This document shows, piece by piece, positions 9,383 through 18,194 of a DNA stretch of 64,000 bases. This stretch comes from Candidatus Atribacteria bacterium UBA6251 (GTDB taxonomy: Bacteria > Atribacterota > Phoenicimicrobiia > Phoenicimicrobiales > Phoenicimicrobiaceae). The notes under the pieces are model-generated. The model was not told the origin of the DNA and did no database searches. It was given only the letters and a program-made list of their open reading frames with translations. How positions within the stretch are numbered: position 1 is the stretch's first letter; every line of letters begins with the position of its first letter. Position numbers and translations under genes: made by a program. The stretch is from assembly GCA_002441285.1 (NCBI GenBank), contig DJVR01000007.1, positions 45,118-109,117 of the forward strand, in the 5' to 3' direction.

Positions 9383-11155
9383 TCACCTCTCTAATTTTAT
9401 TATACCCTTTTCAATATCCTGAGATATCTCTCTATCCGAACGGTAAGCAAGCTTTTTTAAAAAATCCTCACTTAACTTATTTTCCATTAACCTAGGTTGT
9501 CCCTGATTAATCTGAATAGGGAAAAGCCGATAGATTATTTTATCGGTATAAATCTCCACTCCTACTACCAGACCTTCCTGAGTTTCAGCAGAAAAATACT
9601 GATCAAAAATAAAATTTCCCAGGGAATAAAAAATTAACCTATCTTGATATAGTTCAATATTCTGAACTAGATGGGGATGATGACCAATAATTAAATCTGC
9701 ACCTTTTTCTATTAACTGGTGAGCCAGGACTCGTTGGTTCGGAGTAGGAAAAGAGGTATATTCTTTGCCCCAATGAAGCATTACGATGAGAAATTTATCA
9801 GAATTATCTATTTTTTCCTTTTCCACTATATTAACTATCTCTTCTTCAGTAATGAAATAAGGAGGGATTTGATTAAAGGCTAGCAGATTTAAATCCTTAT
9901 CCTTAAAAGAGGTATCAGGAAAAGATAAGCTATTCTGGAGAGGGTTACCTACAAATTTCAAGTCATATCTCTCTAGCCATTTTTGAGTTTCTTCTAATCC
10001 CTTTTTACCTCTGTCTAAAATATGATTATTAGCTAAGGAGAATAAATTAAAATTACCCCAGACCGCTCCAAGTAGAATTTGGGGAGAAAAGGAAAATTTT
10101 AGGGAATTAATAGGAGATTCAGGGGGAATTTCCACCACTGGTCCCTCTAAATTTCCTACTACCAGATCAACCCCTTTTAAGAGACGATTAATCTTTTGAA
10201 AAGGATAGTAAAGGCCATTTTTCATGATTAATTCTTTTATTCCTCGATCTAACATCAAATCTCCAACCATAATTATCGTTTTTACCTTTTCATAATCGTG
10301 ACAGAAATTATTTTTTATGGTTGAATTTAGGCTATCTTCCCCCTTTTTTACTCTTGTAAATACAGCACTACAATAAGAGGTAGTTTTTTCTACCTCTTGA
10401 GTTAAAAAATCATTTGAGTTATACTTGCCCAGCAGGATAAATTCTTCTCCCTGAACTAAATGGGCAAAGTATCTTATTGCATAAAGGGCTTGCCAGCAAT
10501 CTACATCAAGATTATTAAAAGCATCTTTTTCCCGGTTGATGATCACTCGTATACTTCTTAAATCATGAAAATCTGCTACTTGCTGAGGTAAAAAATGAGA
10601 AAAATCCACACTTGCTATAAGTATAATTGGATAATTTGCCTGAAAATAAATGGCCTCTACCAAATCCTCTATCTCTTCTCGATTAGTTTTGGCGGGTACC
10701 AAAAGTGGTAATATCATAGTAGCAGGAAGATATTTTTTAATGAAAGGAATCAATTCCATTACCCCGTGTTCAGCAATTATAGCGGACTGATTAGAATTGA
10801 TCTGTATACTTTTTCTCAATCTCTTTCCTAACTCACTATCTATCTTTACTTGTTTCAATTCTGAAGAAGGAGCGCTTAGATCAGGAGCAAGGAAAGAATT
10901 ATTTTCTTCTAATACACAACTTAAAAAGTGATCCGGACTTAAGATAACTATAGTATGAGGATGATCTTGGGTAGAGAGATAGTAAAAAAATGAATCTATT
11001 AAGGGAGAAGCCAAAAGATGATGAGGTACTATACCGGCTACTATATCCTGATTCTTAAAATTTTCTGTGCTATAAATATAAAAATTAGATCCTCCTCTTA
11101 TTAGAAAGAAAGCCAAATATAACAAAGTGAAAAAAAACAATTTTTTAAATTTCAT
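9383..11155 (-). CDS. Fusion protein: Memo-like (LigB-superfamily) N-terminal domain plus CapA/PgsA-type metallophosphatase-like C-terminal domain
   Basis: N-terminal half has GIVPHHLLA, ILSPDHF and ASVDFSHF motifs, as in the Memo/AmmeMemoRadiSam-B family. C-terminal half has MVGDLMLDRG, LANNHILDRG, LHWGKEY and IIGHHPH, as in CapA poly-gamma-glutamate-type proteins. Its ATG overlaps the upstream gene's TGA by 4 nt (ATGA). Confidence 0.7.
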   Translation of the reverse strand: MKFKKLFFFTLLYLAFFLIRGGSNFYIYSTENFKNQDIVAGIVPHHLLASPLIDSFFYYLSTQDHPHTIVILSPDHFLSCVLEENNSFLAPDLSAPSSELKQVKIDSELGKRLRKSIQINSNQSAIIAEHGVMELIPFIKKYLPATMILPLLVPAKTNREEIEDLVEAIYFQANYPIILIASVDFSHFLPQQVADFHDLRSIRVIINREKDAFNNLDVDCWQALYAIRYFAHLVQGEEFILLGKYNSNDFLTQEVEKTTSYCSAVFTRVKKGEDSLNSTIKNNFCHDYEKVKTIIMVGDLMLDRGIKELIMKNGLYYPFQKINRLLKGVDLVVGNLEGPVVEIPPESPINSLKFSFSPQILLGAVWGNFNLFSLANNHILDRGKKGLEETQKWLERYDLKFVGNPLQNSLSFPDTSFKDKDLNLLAFNQIPPYFITEEEIVNIVEKEKIDNSDKFLIVMLHWGKEYTSFPTPNQRVLAHQLIEKGADLIIGHHPHLVQNIELYQDRLIFYSLGNFIFDQYFSAETQEGLVVGVEIYTDKIIYRLFPIQINQGQPRLMENKLSEDFLKKLAYRSDREISQDIEKGIIKLER

Positions 11156-13638
11156 AATTGTGCCTTTCTAAGAAAATTAATACAAATTATTCCTAACAGG
11201 TATATTGCCCCGGCTAATAAATTTACCACTTGGAAACCATAAGATAAGGCAATTATTATTGCCAAAACAGAGGCTAGTATAGAACAAAAATTATTGGTAG
11301 CCCATAACCAGGGTATAATTAGCCTACCTTTTTTGAATGAACTTACCAGTTTTAAACCTAAAGGAAAGGGCATTCCCATTAAAAATCCTAAAGGAGAAAG
11401 TGATAAGAAAGTGATAAGTATCCTGAGGTTTAAGGGGTATTTTAAGGTTAGACTAAGGAGATGAGGTAAGACAAATTGATAAAGCATTAAGATGAAAAAC
11501 AAGCAGCCGATTATTATTTTGAGAATATAAAGATTCTCTTTTTTTATTCTTCGTGAGTAGAAGCTCCCCAGACCAGAAGATAAAAGAAAAGAAAAAATTA
11601 CTAATGAAGCAGCATAGCTGGGATTGGGTAAATAAAGGATAAATTTTTGCAGGAAGGATATTTCTAATAACATATACCCCAAGCCCAAGCAAGCAAAGTA
11701 AAGAAGAGAAGGTAATTTTATTCCTCTGGGCAGAGTAGGAAATCTTTTAAAAAGAAGGGGCAAAAAGATAAAGATGACACTAAAGATTATTCCTTGTATA
11801 AAAGTTGCAAAGATGATTAAATTTCCCCATTCTATTAAAGGTTGCCAATTAGCTGAGGATTTTATAATCAAGGGAATATTCTTCCATTTTAGAGTGTAGA
11901 AAAAATAGGGCTGATTATCAGTAGCTGGAGTTAGATTGAAAAAATAACTATCATAATAAGCTTGCTCATTTCCTTCTTGAAAGCTTTTTATCAGCTGATT
12001 TACTTCTTGATAGTAATAGTCTTTTTCCAGCACGTGATTTATATTCGTCTCTTCTTTTTTTACTCCAGGAAAGTAGACTATATCAAATCCTCTTTTGTTA
12101 CAGAACTCTTTCACTATATCTTTCTTTTCTATAGTGATTTCTTCCTTGCTAAGAATAAAGGTGGTAGTTGCCCAGCTACGGATTATAATTAAATGATTTT
12201 CGGGTCTTTCTATCCCTATTTGCTGAAGAGCCTCCATACCGATGCTACAGAGGCGTAAAATTTCTCGGGGAGGAAATTTTATCCAGCGAGTAATATTTAT
12301 TATTCCTTGAGCAGTAAGTTTTTTCCAGAATTCTTTTATTCCTTCCACCGTATAAAGATAGTTTTCCGAAATACTGTAAAATCCACCAGAGGCAGTATTA
12401 GAGGAACCAATTAAAGAAATTTGAAGAAGGTCAAATTTTTCTTCTAATCCCATTAAGAGACTTCTACCTTCTCCAGTTAATATCTTTACTTCCGGTCGAA
12501 GGTAAATATTCCCGGAATATGCTGAGAAATTATTTTGCATTACTGCTTTGACTTCCGGATTGATTTCAATTCCCCATATTTCATCCACCTGGTTATAAAT
12601 AGCTCCTAAAATATCTAAACCTCCTCCAGGACCGATGATCATTATTTTAGTTGGTAGTCCCTCTTTTTTTTCTAAAAGGTGAAAACCTAGAGCAGAAGAT
12701 ATATAATCGGAAAATTCTATGTTTTTATACCATTCCCGCTCACTTTTTCCTTCCAGTTTAGTAATAGCACTCAATCCATCACCATCAGTTACCATTCCTA
12801 ATTGCTCCGGAATTTCTCCAGAAAACTTGAGACTTAATCCCGGAGCGTATTTTACTCCTCTGCTTTCTACTATCTCTAATCGGGCATAACTATTCTCTCT
12901 TCTTTCAATTATTCTGGATTGAGGATAACGTAGTAAAGTAAATAAACTCTTATAAGGGTTAATCGGGAAAGATAGTATACCTTCAGCCTGGCTATAGATT
13001 AGGATAAAAAAAATCAAACCTAATGGGTAAATTAATGATTTTTTTATCTTTTTACTTTTTATAGAAAAGAAAAAGGAGGCGAGAAAAGAAAGTAAAGGAA
13101 CGATAATTAATAATTCGCTTAAGCTTAAATAAGTAGAAAGAAAGAGAAAAGAGAGGCATCCTATAGAAGCACCCCCTAAATCACTAAAATAGATTTGATT
13201 TACTTTTTCTGGTAAAGTAGATATAGCTAAAGATATACCAATTCCTGCCCAGAAAAAAGGTATAGCTATAGCCAAATAATAAATCGCCAAGTAGATAATT
13301 TGTTGTTTATCCATAACCAGACGGTAAAGGTCAAAAGGTATTTTCAGGATAATTACAACTGAACAGAGGGAACTAAAGGAAAAGAGAAGAGATGATAGGA
13401 TGAGGTAAGAAAAGAGATTTTCTCCTTCGACTTTTTTTCGCCAGCTAGAAAAAACGGATAAGAAGGTTCCACTTGCTCCATATCCCAGAAAAGCAATGCT
13501 GATAATCATAAAAGCCAAAAAATTCCATTGTAGAATGGAAAAAACTCTGGTTAAAGAGAGTTCAAAAAGTAAGATTGAAGCAGAAAATACAAAAATACCA
13601 CAAAATAAGAAAAAATTACTCTCTTTTTTAGTGTTCAT
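11152..13638 (-). CDS. Polytopic membrane protein fused to a spermidine-synthase-like (class I SAM-fold) domain
   Basis: 828 aa with many hydrophobic helices at both ends. The central soluble domain has IMIIGPGGGLDILGA (GxGxG SAM-fold) followed by IEINPEV, as in fused MFS/spermidine synthase-like proteins. Confidence 0.7.
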   Translation of the reverse strand: MNTKKESNFFLFCGIFVFSASILLFELSLTRVFSILQWNFLAFMIISIAFLGYGASGTFLSVFSSWRKKVEGENLFSYLILSSLLFSFSSLCSVVIILKIPFDLYRLVMDKQQIIYLAIYYLAIAIPFFWAGIGISLAISTLPEKVNQIYFSDLGGASIGCLSFLFLSTYLSLSELLIIVPLLSFLASFFFSIKSKKIKKSLIYPLGLIFFILIYSQAEGILSFPINPYKSLFTLLRYPQSRIIERRENSYARLEIVESRGVKYAPGLSLKFSGEIPEQLGMVTDGDGLSAITKLEGKSEREWYKNIEFSDYISSALGFHLLEKKEGLPTKIMIIGPGGGLDILGAIYNQVDEIWGIEINPEVKAVMQNNFSAYSGNIYLRPEVKILTGEGRSLLMGLEEKFDLLQISLIGSSNTASGGFYSISENYLYTVEGIKEFWKKLTAQGIINITRWIKFPPREILRLCSIGMEALQQIGIERPENHLIIIRSWATTTFILSKEEITIEKKDIVKEFCNKRGFDIVYFPGVKKEETNINHVLEKDYYYQEVNQLIKSFQEGNEQAYYDSYFFNLTPATDNQPYFFYTLKWKNIPLIIKSSANWQPLIEWGNLIIFATFIQGIIFSVIFIFLPLLFKRFPTLPRGIKLPSLLYFACLGLGYMLLEISFLQKFILYLPNPSYAASLVIFSFLLSSGLGSFYSRRIKKENLYILKIIIGCLFFILMLYQFVLPHLLSLTLKYPLNLRILITFLSLSPLGFLMGMPFPLGLKLVSSFKKGRLIIPWLWATNNFCSILASVLAIIIALSYGFQVVNLLAGAIYLLGIICINFLRKAQL

Positions 13639-13717
13639 AATGCTTATCCCCAGAACAAGGTAGTTAATCGCTTAAAAAATAAATTATCTTCTTATTTTTG
13701 GGGGAGAAAAAATTTAT

Positions 13718-14767
13718 TTACTCTCTCACCAGATTGGTCTTTAGTTTTTTCTTAATTGCCATTTTAATTTGGGGGAGAAGGTCTAAAGTAGCTTCTTTTC
13801 CCGCTTTTATACACTGATCAGCCTTCTCAAATTCAAAGAGTCCAATTTTTTCTATTTCATAAGGGATAATTACCACATCTGCCTGGCGCAATCTGAGAGA
13901 AGCAATCTCTTTTTCCATAATATCTAATGATTTACTAATTATTTCAATCAGATGGGGTCCTTCAAATTTTTTCTTCACCCCAGTGATTTTTTGGCTTAAT
14001 GAGGATACTTCTTTTTCTACTAAAGAGGCAATCTTCTTAGCATCTTTTAGTTTAGGCAGTTCTTTTAGACTTAATTTGATTAGATTAGTATTACTTACTT
14101 CATTAAGATATCCGGTTTCTTGATTTATCATCATAATTACTGGTTGAGGATTCTTTTTGCTTAAACTAACCGCAATAATAAAATCAGCTCCCATCTTTTT
14201 TACTACCTCTACTGGTACAGGATCTACTATACCTCCATCTACTAAATATCTTTCCTGATACTTTACTGGAGTAAAGATTCCCGGGATAGAAATACTAGCT
14301 CTTACTGCCTTTAATACACTACCTTGATTTAAGATAACTTTTGCCCCACTGGTTAAATCAGTAGAGATAGCAGCAAAAGGGATTTTTAAATCTGAGAAGT
14401 CCTTATTTTTTAGGGCGATTTTACTTAGCATTTCATCTATTCGTTTTCCACTAAATAAGCCAGAAAAAGGAAAAGTGGGATTAAAAATAATAAGAGGAGC
14501 TCGCTTTTTAACCTGCATGGCTATTCTTTTTATCTTTTTTATGGAAATACCACTAGCATATATTGCCCCAATGAGGGCACCTATACTGGTGCCCGCAATT
14601 ATATCAATAGGGATGTGATGAGCTTCTAAAGCTTCAATTACCCCAATGTGGGCCATGCCCCGAGCAGATCCACTACCCAGAGCTAAACCAAACTTTAATC
14701 CCTTTTTCTTACTTTGTTCTAATAAATATTCTAATTCCTGATCTGGTTTAAACTTAGGTATTTTCAT
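13718..14767 (-). CDS. Patatin-like phospholipase (RssA-like)
   Basis: Oxyanion-hole GSGSARG, nucleophile elbow GTSIGA (GxSxG) and catalytic DGG (LVDGGIVDPVP) occur in the canonical order. Confidence 0.85.
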   Translation of the reverse strand: MKIPKFKPDQELEYLLEQSKKKGLKFGLALGSGSARGMAHIGVIEALEAHHIPIDIIAGTSIGALIGAIYASGISIKKIKRIAMQVKKRAPLIIFNPTFPFSGLFSGKRIDEMLSKIALKNKDFSDLKIPFAAISTDLTSGAKVILNQGSVLKAVRASISIPGIFTPVKYQERYLVDGGIVDPVPVEVVKKMGADFIIAVSLSKKNPQPVIMMINQETGYLNEVSNTNLIKLSLKELPKLKDAKKIASLVEKEVSSLSQKITGVKKKFEGPHLIEIISKSLDIMEKEIASLRLRQADVVIIPYEIEKIGLFEFEKADQCIKAGKEATLDLLPQIKMAIKKKLKTNLVRE

Positions 14768-15152
14768 TACTTAACCTCTATCAATCGAGCAAGATCATTG
14801 CAGAACATTTTAACAAAACCATTTAATTTTTTGTTTTAAAGATAATTCAGGTAAAGATTAATATTCTTATTCGCCATTGGAGAGCAAAATCCTTTTTATT
14901 TATTTTATTATATTTTTACCAATTAGAATTATAAACTAAGAAAACTAATAAATTTATATTTACCATTAAATAATGAAATTCAATTCGATAAAATGATTAT
15001 TTAATAGTATAATAGTTACAAGATCAATTAATTTAGAATAAAAAAATTTCAAAAAACAGAAAAAGAATTTTTCACCAGAGGAAAAATGTGGATTATATCT
15101 CAAAGCTGAAATAAATTTTTCTACAATACAAGAATAGAAAAAGGAAAAAGTT

Positions 15153-15624
15153 TTGGTTAGTAAGCGTAAATCCTGGTAGGAAAAATTAGAAAATAATAAG
15201 AATTTTCCTAAAACACTTAAATTTGAAACTAATTTTCCTTGTACTAAAGCCCTGATTAAAATGGGGGATAAAACCGGCGATAGTGTAGTTCTGGCTCCAC
15301 CTTTAGCGGTAAATGAAATAATGAAAGAAATACCGAAGTGGAGATTGATTACTCTGGGGGAAATTTGTCAAATACTGGCCAAAAAACATGGAACAAAATA
15401 TTGTTGTATTCTTACTTACTACTGGTATATTTGTAATGCTTGTAGCTCATGCTGCTGAAGAGACTAAGAATGGTATTCCTTACTGGAGAACTCTAAAAAA
15501 TAATTATGAACTAAATGAGAAATATCCTCAAGGAGTAGAAAAGCAGAAAGAATTACTGGAAAAAGAAGGGCACACTATAATTAAAAAAGGAAAAAAATAT
15601 TACGTGAAAGATTATTCGGGATAA
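15153..15624 (+). pseudogene. Decayed MGMT-family-like (TTGIF...PYWR) small protein gene
   Basis: One reading frame from the TTG at 15153 is interrupted by an in-frame TAG at 15177-15179 (KSW*EKLE). A 1-nt insertion near 15410 joins ORFs 15261-15458 and 15388-15624 (..KYCCILT|TTGIFVMLVAHAAEE..IPYWRTLK..). The family assignment is from memory of proteins annotated as MGMT family. Confidence 0.55.
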
Positions 15625-15831
15625 TTCGCTCTCTCTTCCTCTCTAAATTAGATACCCATAAAATATAGGGTGTAAACCTACCACATACAATAAAGATTTA
15701 GGATATGCCAATTATATTTTAAAAGGTTATGGCGAAATAATTACAAATTCTAAAAATTTTAAATTTAGATGCAATTAATTTAAAAAAGTGATAATATATT
15801 ACAATAAAAGATTAATGTTTTAGGAAGGATT

Positions 15832-15921
15832 ATGGAAGTCCAAAGTTTTTGGGAAAAATTTAAATTAATCAACAATTATTATTACTATTATTACTATTAT
15901 CTTCAGGAGGTAATTGCCTGA
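15832..15921 (+). CDS. Leader peptide, 29 aa, with eight consecutive Tyr codons (MEVQSFWEKFKLINNYYYYYYYYLQEVIA)
   Basis: ATG at 15832 with AGGAAGGA upstream. Tyr codons occupy 15877-15900 (TAT TAT TAC TAT TAT TAC TAT TAT). TGA stop at 15919-15921. The ORF tail overlaps RNA segment A of the attenuator (see regulatory feature). Too short for the ORF track. Confidence 0.6.
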   Translation: MEVQSFWEKFKLINNYYYYYYYYLQEVIA

Positions 15922-16005
15922 CGATAGTAGAATAATAGTGATAAAATCACTGGAATTCTAACCATGGGCAGTTACCTCCTGAGGGGTAATTACCCATGGT
16001 TTTTT
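15901..16005 (+). promoter_or_regulatory. Putative ribosome-mediated transcription attenuator (antiterminator/terminator alternative)
   Basis: Segment A (15901-15918, CTTCAGGAGGTAATTGCC) pairs with segment B (15967-15984, GGCAGTTACCTCCTGAGG) over 18 bp (16 Watson-Crick and 2 G-U, checked base by base). Segment B is the 5' arm plus loop of the terminator at 15962-15999. A small hairpin, AGTGA-TAAAA-TCACT at 15937-15951, may act as a pause element. Confidence 0.6.
15962..16005 (+). terminator. Intrinsic terminator of the leader/attenuator
   Basis: CCATGGGCAGTTACC (15962-15976) pairs with GGTAATTACCCATGG (15985-15999): 14 of 15 positions pair, with one C-A mismatch and one G-U. The loop is 8 nt and is followed by TTTTTTGTTTT. 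Confidence 0.7.
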
Positions 16006-16023
16006 GTTTTAGTATTTTAAAAA

Positions 16024-16061
16024 GCCAGGGGTAGAATAAAATATCGCCTCTGGCTTTTTTT
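16024..16061 (+). terminator. Second terminator-like hairpin between attenuator and ABC operon
   Basis: GCCAGGGG (16024-16031) pairs with CCTCTGGC (16047-16054) over 8 bp including one G-U. The loop is 15 nt, followed by T7 and preceded by A5, so it looks bidirectional. Confidence 0.45.
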
Positions 16062-16215
16062 CTTCTCTATATTTATAACTGCAAAAGGACAACCGGAGAA
16101 TGAAGACAAATAAAAACAATCAGGAGGTGAGAAAAGTATTAAATTATTAAATAATTGTTGTTTTTATTTTTTCTAAAACATTGATTTAAAAAATATTAAA
16201 AAGGAGATAAAGGTT

Positions 16216-17202
16216 ATGAAAAATTTAATTAAAGTTTTTAGTATTTGTTTTATGGTGATCATTCTTGGTTTAATGTTTATCTCAATAATATTAGCTGCTC
16301 CCTTAAAAATCGGTATTGTTCAGATTGTTGAGCATCCTGCTCTGGACGCAGCAAGAGATGGTTTTATTACTACCTTGACGGAAGCAGGATTCCGGGAAGG
16401 GCAGGAAGTCATTTATGATTTACAGAATGCCCAGGGTGATTTTAATAATGCTATCTCCATTGCTCAAAAGTTCAAAGATGATAAAGTAGATATGATTGTC
16501 GCGATTGCCACCCCCACTGCCCAGGCAGCATTACAAGTAAATAAGGAAATCCCTATCATTATTAATGCGGTAACTGATCCGGTAGCAGCGAATTTAGCGC
16601 AAAGCTGGGAAAGCTCTGGTAATAATGTTACTGGAATGAGTGATGCTGCTCCTAATGCCTTACAGATAAGATTAATTACCAGATTACTACCCCAAGTTAA
16701 GAATATTGGAACTATCTACAATGCAGGTGAAGTTAACTCTGTAGTCCAGATTGAGGAAGTTAAGAATACCTGTAAAGAATTAAATTTAAACCTGATTGAG
16801 GTTACAGTTAGCAATTCCAGTGATGTATTGATGGCAGCACAATCCTTGGTGGGAAGGGTAGAGGCAATATATATTGTTACTGATAATACAGCAGTATCTG
16901 CTATGGAATCTATTGTAAAGGTATGTAACCAGGAAAAGATTGCCTTGGTAGTTGCTGATCCCAGTTTGGTAGATAAAGGTGCTTTAGCGTCTTACGGAAT
17001 AGATTATTTTAATCTGGGTAAAAAATCTGGAGAGATGGCACTAAAAGTAATAAAAGGAACTAAACCTTCAGAAATTCCAATCCAAAAAATGGATAAAGAA
17101 GAGGACTTGCAATTTGTAATCAACTTAAATGCAGCTAAAATATTGAATCTTTCCCTTAGTGAGGAGATATTAAAACAAGCAGATAAAATAATTGAAGATT
17201 AA
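16216..17202 (+). CDS. ABC transporter substrate-binding protein, PF04392/COG2984 type (family labelled putative tryptophan/tyrosine transport system)
   Basis: AAGGAG upstream and a signal peptide (FSICFMVIILGLMFISIILAAP). The body, LKIGIVQIVEHPALDAARDGF...DMIVAIATPTAQAA, is typical of ABC_sub_bind proteins. It is followed by the matching permease and ATPase. Confidence 0.8.
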   Translation: MKNLIKVFSICFMVIILGLMFISIILAAPLKIGIVQIVEHPALDAARDGFITTLTEAGFREGQEVIYDLQNAQGDFNNAISIAQKFKDDKVDMIVAIATPTAQAALQVNKEIPIIINAVTDPVAANLAQSWESSGNNVTGMSDAAPNALQIRLITRLLPQVKNIGTIYNAGEVNSVVQIEEVKNTCKELNLNLIEVTVSNSSDVLMAAQSLVGRVEAIYIVTDNTAVSAMESIVKVCNQEKIALVVADPSLVDKGALASYGIDYFNLGKKSGEMALKVIKGTKPSEIPIQKMDKEEDLQFVINLNAAKILNLSLSEEILKQADKIIED

Positions 17203-17248
17203 AGATTAATTACCTAATTTTTAGAAGAGATGAAAGGGGTCAGATAAG

Positions 17249-18190
17249 ATGTCTATAAGTATCGCTCTCCATGCTTTAGAACAGGGTTTAATCTTTGGTA
17301 TTATGGTATTAGGAGTATTTCTTACCTATAAAATATTGGATTTTCCAGATCTTACTGTGGATGGAAGTTTTACTTTAGGAGCAGCGGTTACGGCTACTAT
17401 AATATTTTCTGGAGGAAGTCCCTTATGGGGTATCAGTTTAGCTATAATTAGTGGTTCTTTAGCTGGGCTGTTTACAGGTTTTCTTCATACCAAATTAAAA
17501 TTGAGTAATCTTTTATCCGGTATTTTGACTATGACCTTGCTCTATTCGGTAAACTTAAGAATTATGGGAAAACCGAATATACCTTTATTAGGTAAAGAGA
17601 CTATATTGGAGAAGATAGCAATTTACTTACCCCATATTTCGGGAAATTATCTGATCCCTTTCTTTTTTCTAATTTTAGTGATCATTATTAAATTTGCCCT
17701 GGATTTATTCTTATCCACTGAGATAGGTCTGGCTATTATTGCCACTGGTGATAATGAACAAATGATTAAAAGCTTAGGGGCAAATACGGACTTAACCAAG
17801 ATAATCGGGTTAAGTTTATCTAATGCTCTGGTAGCTCTTTCGGGGGCCTTTTTTGCTCAGTATTCTGGTTTTGCGGATGTCAATATGGGTTTAGGAACTA
17901 TTGTATCCGGATTAGCTTCGGTAATTATCGGAATTAGTATCATTCGTACTCCCACTATCTTTTGGAGGACTATTGCGGTAGTAATAGGTTCTTTATTATA
18001 TCGCTTAATTATGATTATAGCTTTACGTTATGGTTATAGGTTAGGTTTTAAACCGGGAGATTTAAAATTAATTTCTGCTGTATTGGTAATAGTGGCTTTA
18101 GCAGTACCATTGATCAAAAAGAGGATTGATTTTTTAACCAGTTTTAATTTAGGTAGAAAAGACTTACAAAATAACCATAAAGAGGTTTGA
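17249..18190 (+). CDS. ABC transporter permease (COG4120 type)
   Basis: 313-aa polytopic membrane protein immediately downstream of the binding protein, with GGGG upstream of its ATG. Confidence 0.8.
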   Translation: MSISIALHALEQGLIFGIMVLGVFLTYKILDFPDLTVDGSFTLGAAVTATIIFSGGSPLWGISLAIISGSLAGLFTGFLHTKLKLSNLLSGILTMTLLYSVNLRIMGKPNIPLLGKETILEKIAIYLPHISGNYLIPFFFLILVIIIKFALDLFLSTEIGLAIIATGDNEQMIKSLGANTDLTKIIGLSLSNALVALSGAFFAQYSGFADVNMGLGTIVSGLASVIIGISIIRTPTIFWRTIAVVIGSLLYRLIMIIALRYGYRLGFKPGDLKLISAVLVIVALAVPLIKKRIDFLTSFNLGRKDLQNNHKEV

Positions 18191-18194
18191 ATAG

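Noticed and set aside
7077-12192. Short ORFs 7077-7268, 9210-9422, 11453-11692 and 11962-12192
   Set aside because: All overlap long minus-strand CDSs, either antisense or out of frame. They are low-complexity Lys/Phe/Ile-rich products of AT-rich DNA.
15877-15900. TATTATTAC tandem repeat considered as a plain intergenic microsatellite
   Set aside because: It is in frame within a short ORF that has an RBS and a stop. The ORF tail is complementary to the adjacent terminator arm, so the leader-peptide reading explains more. Slippage is noted as a secondary possibility.
16099-16149. 16-codon ORF MKTNKNNQEVRKVLNY between the hairpins and the ABC gene
   Set aside because: The only SD-like GGAG is 1 nt from the ATG. 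It has no codon-run signature and no structural coupling.
15625-16215. T-box or metabolite riboswitch upstream of the ABC operon
   Set aside because: I could not find the T-box consensus (AAnnnGGGTGGTACCGCG-like), a specifier-loop architecture or any riboswitch core that I recognise. The region is better explained by the leader-peptide attenuator. A covariance-model scan would be needed to be certain.
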